From: Dehalococcoidia bacterium
GTDB taxonomy: Bacteria > Chloroflexota > Dehalococcoidia > Bin125
Reading direction: 5' to 3'
NCBI GenBank assembly: GCA_963663235.2
Contig: CAXXNO010000004.1
Location: forward strand, 512,001 to 576,000
DNA: 64,000 nucleotides
Shown: positions 59,371 through 64,000 of the stretch, piece after piece
Layout: the number at the start of each line of letters is the position of its first letter
Position numbering within the stretch: position 1 is the first letter of the stretch
Notes under the pieces: model-generated
Told to the model about the DNA's origin: nothing
What the model saw: the letters and a program-made list of their open reading frames with translations, nothing else
Databases searched by the model: none
Position numbers and translations under genes: made by a program

Positions 59371-60420
59371 GTGCGTGCACTCGTCTTCCATAAGGCTGGG
59401 CACATCCAGGTGGAGTCGGTCCCTGATCCCACACCGGGGCCGGGCGAGGCCGTCCTTCGCGTGGGCGCCGTGGGCATCTGCGCCTCCGACCTGCGTGTCC
59501 TCCGCGGCGAGAAGCACGCCGCGCCCGGCGTGATCCCCGGTCACGAGTTCGCCGGCACCGTTGTGGATCTGGGTCCGGGCGTGGAGCGCCTGTCCCTGGG
59601 CGACCGCGTCACCGTCTACCCGGTGCTCGCCTGCGGCGGCTGCGAGTTCTGCCGGCGGGGGCTGCGCAACCGCTGCGCCACGCGGCGCACGCTCGGTTAC
59701 GAGATCAACGGCGGCCTCGCGGACTACGTCCTTCTCCCGGCCGAGATCGTGCGGCTGGGGCACGCCGTTCCGCTGACGCCGGGGCTCTCGCTGGCCCGCG
59801 CCTCGCTCACCGAACCGGTCGCCTGCGTGCTCAACTCCTTGGAGTCGTGCGGGTTCCAGGCCGGCAGCTCGATAGCGGTCCTGGGCGCCGGGCCCATGGG
59901 CCTTCTGCACATTGCCCTGGCCCGCGCGCTGGGCGCCGGGCCGATCGTGGTGGGCGAGCCCATCGCCTCGCGCCGCGCGGCGGCGCGCGCCTTGGGCGCA
60001 ACCGCCGCCGTCGATGGCGATCCCGAGGCGTTGCTCGCCGCGGTCCGCGACGCCACCGGCGGCCGCGGCGCCCAGGTGGTCATCGTGACCGTGGGGCTGA
60101 CCGGGCTCACGGAGGCGGCTCTCCCCTTGGCCGCCAAGCGGGCTACGATCAATCTGTTCGCCGGCTTCCAGCCGGGCGCCACCGCCGTGCTGGACGTGAA
60201 TGCGCTGCACTACAACGAGGTGCGGCTGACCGGCAGCCAGAACGCCACCGCGGACCAGTTCATCCGCACGGCCGCAGGCCTGCCGACGTTTGAGGCGGTG
60301 GAGCAGGTCGTGTCGCATCGGTTCCCGATGGCGGAGGCGGCGGAGGCCTATGCCGTGCGCGACGAACAGGCGGCGCTGAAGTCGATGGTGCTGCCGGCCG
60401 GCGAAGAGGGATCGGCGTGA
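59371..60420 (+). CDS. Zinc-dependent alcohol/polyol dehydrogenase (MDR family)
   Basis: GICASD, GHEFAG, CGGCEFC..G....C, GAGPMG. Confidence 0.92.
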   Translation: MRALVFHKAGHIQVESVPDPTPGPGEAVLRVGAVGICASDLRVLRGEKHAAPGVIPGHEFAGTVVDLGPGVERLSLGDRVTVYPVLACGGCEFCRRGLRNRCATRRTLGYEINGGLADYVLLPAEIVRLGHAVPLTPGLSLARASLTEPVACVLNSLESCGFQAGSSIAVLGAGPMGLLHIALARALGAGPIVVGEPIASRRAAARALGATAAVDGDPEALLAAVRDATGGRGAQVVIVTVGLTGLTEAALPLAAKRATINLFAGFQPGATAVLDVNALHYNEVRLTGSQNATADQFIRTAAGLPTFEAVEQVVSHRFPMAEAAEAYAVRDEQAALKSMVLPAGEEGSA

Positions 60421-61319
60421 CGACCCACCTGGGCTACACCCAAGACGACGGCAAGACCGGTCTGGGCATCGAGCTGCGCGAAGCCCGGCTCGGCCGCGGC
60501 GTGTCCCTGGACGACGCCCAGCGGGCCACCCGCATCTCCCGCCGCTACCTGGAGGCGCTCGAGGACGAGGATTTCTCCATCCTGCCCGCCCCGGTGTTCG
60601 CGCGCGGGTTCCTGCGCTCCTACGCGCAGTTCTTGGGCCTTGACGCCTCACGGCTGGTCACCCTGTTCCCGGGGGAGCCGCGGCCGCTGGATACCCTGCC
60701 CGACCCCCATGCGGTGGGGCTGCGGGTGGCGGTCGGGCCGCAACGGCGGCGGCGCCCACCCGAGCAGCTTGCGGACCCGTTCGATCCGTTCCGGCCGCAG
60801 AGCGACAGCGCGGACGAGGATCTGACCCCCATCCCGACCATCGACACCCGCCCACCGGGCGTGTGGCTGGGCCCCTGGCTGGTGGCGGCCGTCGTCCTGC
60901 TCGTCGTGCTCGCCGGCGTCGTCGCCGTGGTCACACTCGGCGACGATGAGCCCGCCGCCACTCCGCTCGGCGCCCCTCCCGGTGTCGCCGAGGCCGGCAC
61001 GGCAATCGATCCGCAAGCGGTGGCGGAGCGCCAGCCCACCATCGATCTGGACGTCATGCCGGACTTCCGCCCCCTGGCCGTTTCCCAAGCGGTGGAGGTC
61101 CTGCGCCGGTCCGCGCACCAATACGTGATCGTCGAGGTGTTTGACGCCGCCACGCCGGCCGGCGAGATCCTCGAGCAGATGCCTGTGCCCGGCGCGGCGC
61201 TGGACGACAGCTCCACCGTCACGCTGGTGGTTTCACGCGGGCCCGTCCCGCTGACGCCCATCACCGCGCCCGAGCCGGCCGAGGCGGAGTCGCCGGCCGC
61301 CGGGACCGAGCAGCCCTGA
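60417..61319 (+). CDS. RodZ-like HTH protein with TM helix and C-terminal PASTA-like domain
   Basis: LREAR..RGVSL..A...TRI...YLEALE......LP..VFARGFLRSYA..LGLD; TM helix; MPDF....VSQAVEVL...GEILEQ.P.PG....TVTLVVSRG. Confidence 0.85.
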   Translation: MTTHLGYTQDDGKTGLGIELREARLGRGVSLDDAQRATRISRRYLEALEDEDFSILPAPVFARGFLRSYAQFLGLDASRLVTLFPGEPRPLDTLPDPHAVGLRVAVGPQRRRRPPEQLADPFDPFRPQSDSADEDLTPIPTIDTRPPGVWLGPWLVAAVVLLVVLAGVVAVVTLGDDEPAATPLGAPPGVAEAGTAIDPQAVAERQPTIDLDVMPDFRPLAVSQAVEVLRRSAHQYVIVEVFDAATPAGEILEQMPVPGAALDDSSTVTLVVSRGPVPLTPITAPEPAEAESPAAGTEQP

Positions 61320-62659
61320 TGCGCTATCACCTCACCACGCTCGGCTGCCCCAAGAACGTCACGGACTCGGAGCGGCTGGCGCTCGCCTTGGAGCAGGCCG
61401 GACACCGCCCTGTCGAGGCCGGCGACGACGCCGATGTGCTCATCGTCAACACCTGCGGCTTTATCGATGCGGCCAAGGAGGAGTCGCAGCAGGTCACCGG
61501 CGGCCTGGCCCGGCGCAAACGCAACGGCCAGCAGCTCGTGGTGGTCGGCTGCTGGTCGCAACTGGAGGGCGACCGGATCCGGCGCCGTCTGCCCGGCGTC
61601 GATGCCGTGTTCGGGATCGAGGCCTGGGATCGGGTGGTGGCGTTTGTCGGCACGGAGGAGCCGCCGGACATCCCGGAGACGGGGCCGGCGCCCGTTCCCC
61701 GCACCAGCGCGTATCTCAAGATCTCGGACGGGTGCGCGCGGCCCTGCACCTTTTGCAACATCCCGGGGATCAAGGGCCGCACGTTCCGCAGCGCGCCGCT
61801 CGACCGGCTGGTCGCCGAGGCGCAGCGGCTGGCGTCGACGGGCGTGAAGGAGCTGGTGCTGGTGGCGCAGGACAGCACGGCCTACGGCGAGGAGTGGGGC
61901 CAGCGTGACGGCCTCGCGCCGCTGCTAGAGCGCCTGGCCCGCGACGTCCCGTCGGTCCCTTGGCTGCGGCTGATGTACGCCTACCCCGGCCGCGTCAGCC
62001 AGCGCCTGGTGGAAGCGATGGCGGCGATACCCCAGGTCTGCCACTACCTCGATCTCCCCTTGCAGCACGGCAGCCCCACCACACTGCGGCGGATGAAGCG
62101 GCCCCACAACATGGCCATGGTGCATGACACGCTGACGCGCCTGCGCACGGCCATGCCGGACATCGCCATCCGCACCACGTTCTTAGTCGGATTCCCCGGG
62201 GAGACGGCGGCCGAGTTCCAGGAGTTGCTCCAGTTCGTGCGTGAGGCGCGCTTCGATCGGGCAGGTGCGTTCACGTACTCCCCCCAGGCCGGGACGCCCG
62301 CGGCCGAGATGGCCGGCCGGGTCCCCGAGAAGGTGAAGCGGCGCCGGCTCCAGCGGCTCATGGCGGAGCAGGCGCGCGTCTCGCTGGAGATCAACCAGGC
62401 ACTGATCGGCCGCGCGTTCCCGCTGCTGGTGGAATCGGTGGAGGGCTCCATCGGACCGGATGGCGATCCCATCTTCGTCGGCCGCTCCTACCGTGACGCG
62501 CCGGAAGTGGACGGGCTGGTCTTCTGCCGCGGTCTGGCGCGGCCGGGCAGTATGCCGCGAGTGCGGGTGACCGGCGCGCTGGAGCACGACCTCCTGGCGG
62601 AGCCGCTGGGAACGCCGACGGTCTTTCCCCTGATCGAGACGGGCGCGTCGCCGGCCTAA
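61319..62659 (+). CDS. rimO: Ribosomal protein S12 methylthiotransferase RimO
   Basis: LGCPKN, NTCGFI.AAKEES, YLKISDGCARPCTFC, WLRLMYAYP, GRS..DAPEVDG. Confidence 0.95.
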   Translation: MRYHLTTLGCPKNVTDSERLALALEQAGHRPVEAGDDADVLIVNTCGFIDAAKEESQQVTGGLARRKRNGQQLVVVGCWSQLEGDRIRRRLPGVDAVFGIEAWDRVVAFVGTEEPPDIPETGPAPVPRTSAYLKISDGCARPCTFCNIPGIKGRTFRSAPLDRLVAEAQRLASTGVKELVLVAQDSTAYGEEWGQRDGLAPLLERLARDVPSVPWLRLMYAYPGRVSQRLVEAMAAIPQVCHYLDLPLQHGSPTTLRRMKRPHNMAMVHDTLTRLRTAMPDIAIRTTFLVGFPGETAAEFQELLQFVREARFDRAGAFTYSPQAGTPAAEMAGRVPEKVKRRRLQRLMAEQARVSLEINQALIGRAFPLLVESVEGSIGPDGDPIFVGRSYRDAPEVDGLVFCRGLARPGSMPRVRVTGALEHDLLAEPLGTPTVFPLIETGASPA

Positions 62660-62949
62660 AGGACGTGGACCGTTTCGGTCTCGACGTCCCCGATCTCCGC
62701 GTCGACGTGCAACTCCTCGATGAAGTGCAGCACGTGTTGCAGCACGGAGTCGGTCTGCCGCTGCGAGTTGCTGACGCAGACCACGCCGATGGTGGCCACT
62801 GTCCAGTCGTCCTGCGTATCGACCTCGGCGATGGCGACGCGAAACTTGTGCTGCACTCGCTCCGTTACGCGCCGCACCACGGAGCGTTTCCCTTTCAGGG
62901 AGCGGTTCTCCGCCAGGGTGAGCGTGAGGCGCAGGCAGCCGATGACCAT
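62656..62949 (-). CDS. DUF503 (YlxP-like) protein
   Basis: SLKGKRSVV....QHKFRVAIAEV..QD.W. Confidence 0.9.
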   Translation of the reverse strand: MVIGCLRLTLTLAENRSLKGKRSVVRRVTERVQHKFRVAIAEVDTQDDWTVATIGVVCVSNSQRQTDSVLQHVLHFIEELHVDAEIGDVETETVHVL

Positions 62950-62971
62950 GGGCGCTCGAGCGCCGCGGCGA

Positions 62972-63775
62972 TCAGAACGTCGGCGGCTCGGCGGCGCCGT
63001 TGAAGCCGGGCAGAGGCTCCTCGGCAAGCGCGAGCGCCGCCTGCTCCACCGGGGCCGACAGTTCCGCCAGCGGCGGCATCTCCTCGATCCGTTGCAACCC
63101 GAAATGGTCCAGGAAGCGCGGCGTGGTGCCGTAGAGGAACGGTCGGCCCGGGCCTTCGGCCTGGCCGACCGAGACCACCAGGTCCCGGCTGCGGAGGGTG
63201 TGCAACGATCCGTCGCAGTTGACCCCCCGCACCGCCTCGATCCCGGTGCGGGTGATGGGTTGGCGGTAGGCGATGATCGCCAGCGTCTCCAGCGCCGCCT
63301 TGGACAGCCGGTTCGGCCGCTCCAGGCCCAGGAACCGCTCGATGAACGGCCCCGCCTCGGGCGCGGTCGCCAGCTTCACCCGCTTGCCCAGGCGCTGCAC
63401 GCGGATGCCGCGGGCGCGGCAGGCGTCGCCGAGTTCCTCCAGCGCCTCCTCGACGGCGCCGGCCGAGACGTTCGTGGCGCGCGCCAGCGCTTCGATCGAA
63501 GGCGCCTCTTCCGCGACCAACAGCAGGCTTTCAAGGACCAGCGCCAGATCCCGGGGTCGCTCCCCGTCCTGCACGCCCTCGCGGATGGCGATCAACACGG
63601 CGGGGCCGTCGCCATTCGGGCCGTGCCCGTTTGACGCCTGGCCGTTGGAGGGGATCACGCTCTCGTGCCCGTTCTCGTGCGCATCCATCCGCAGGTGTGC
63701 GGGGATGTCGGCGGCGGAGGGGTCGTCGGTGGTCGGAGCGGCGTCGTTGGGAGGGGACAGGCGGAGTTCGTCCAT
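62972..63775 (-). CDS. scpB: SMC-Scp complex subunit ScpB
   Basis: LSKAALETLAIIAYRQPITR..IEAVRGV, GRPFLYGTT.RFL.HFGL. Confidence 0.95.
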   Translation of the reverse strand: MDELRLSPPNDAAPTTDDPSAADIPAHLRMDAHENGHESVIPSNGQASNGHGPNGDGPAVLIAIREGVQDGERPRDLALVLESLLLVAEEAPSIEALARATNVSAGAVEEALEELGDACRARGIRVQRLGKRVKLATAPEAGPFIERFLGLERPNRLSKAALETLAIIAYRQPITRTGIEAVRGVNCDGSLHTLRSRDLVVSVGQAEGPGRPFLYGTTPRFLDHFGLQRIEEMPPLAELSAPVEQAALALAEEPLPGFNGAAEPPTF

Positions 63776-63821
63776 TGCAGGATTCCTTCTGCCGCCACCG
63801 TGCCCTTCCCCAAACCTCGAT

Positions 63822-64000
63822 TCAGGCTAGCACGCGGCCGTGCACCGCTCCAGACGAAACGGAGTCGACGCGAACGCTGGCCAGCCGGTTGCTCAACTCC
63901 GCGCTGGACGCCTCAACGGGGACGTGCACCGGGACGTAGGTGTCCGTAAGCCCCTGCCAGAGCGCTCGGCCGTTGTGGGCCCGCCGTCCCTCGAACAGGA
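63822..64000 (-). CDS. mtaB: 3' end of a MiaB-like methylthiotransferase (probably MtaB), partial
   Basis: Hand translation LFEGRRAHNGRALWQGLTDTYVPVHV...LSNRLASVRV...VHGRVLA* fits the TRAM-like C-terminus (LFE..W.GLTD.YV). Confidence 0.65.
   Translation of the reverse strand, partial: LFEGRRAHNGRALWQGLTDTYVPVHVPVEASSAELSNRLASVRVDSVSSGAVHGRVLA

Overview
High-GC bacterial chromosome segment, most likely Chloroflexota (Dehalococcoidia/SAR202-like; inferred from lineage-type insertions in RpoB/RpoC/SecA and the small conserved hypothetical genes). It is mostly housekeeping. In order: two tandem glutamine synthetases; a complex I-like operon nuoABCDHJKLMN that lacks nuoEFG and also nuoI; valS, secA, prs; rpoBC, broken by six indels that look like local sequencing errors; CIRCE-controlled groESL; an XRE-HTH/DUF2851 pair; tsaD; a large pseudo-PP2C/IDR/TM/beta-propeller protein; moaAC, rdgB, folC, fabF, thpR; split transketolase; proBA; yihY; a type 2 ileS with a GVHH signature; murJ, rpsT; an ADH/RodZ-PASTA/rimO cluster; DUF503, scpB and the 3' end of mtaB. 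I found no rRNA, tRNA, CRISPR array, transposase or integrase. The best leads are: (i) structured leaders with intrinsic terminators in front of two small Zn-finger genes, one with a perfect DnaA box upstream; (ii) the nuoI-less complex with a repeat-bearing NuoC tail; (iii) the XRE + DUF2851 module with nuclease-like and HhH/Cys-cluster motifs; (iv) the pseudophosphatase membrane protein; (v) the GVHH IleRS; (vi) a long rpoB leader containing uORFs. All family assignments are from motif recognition by eye; no database searches were run.
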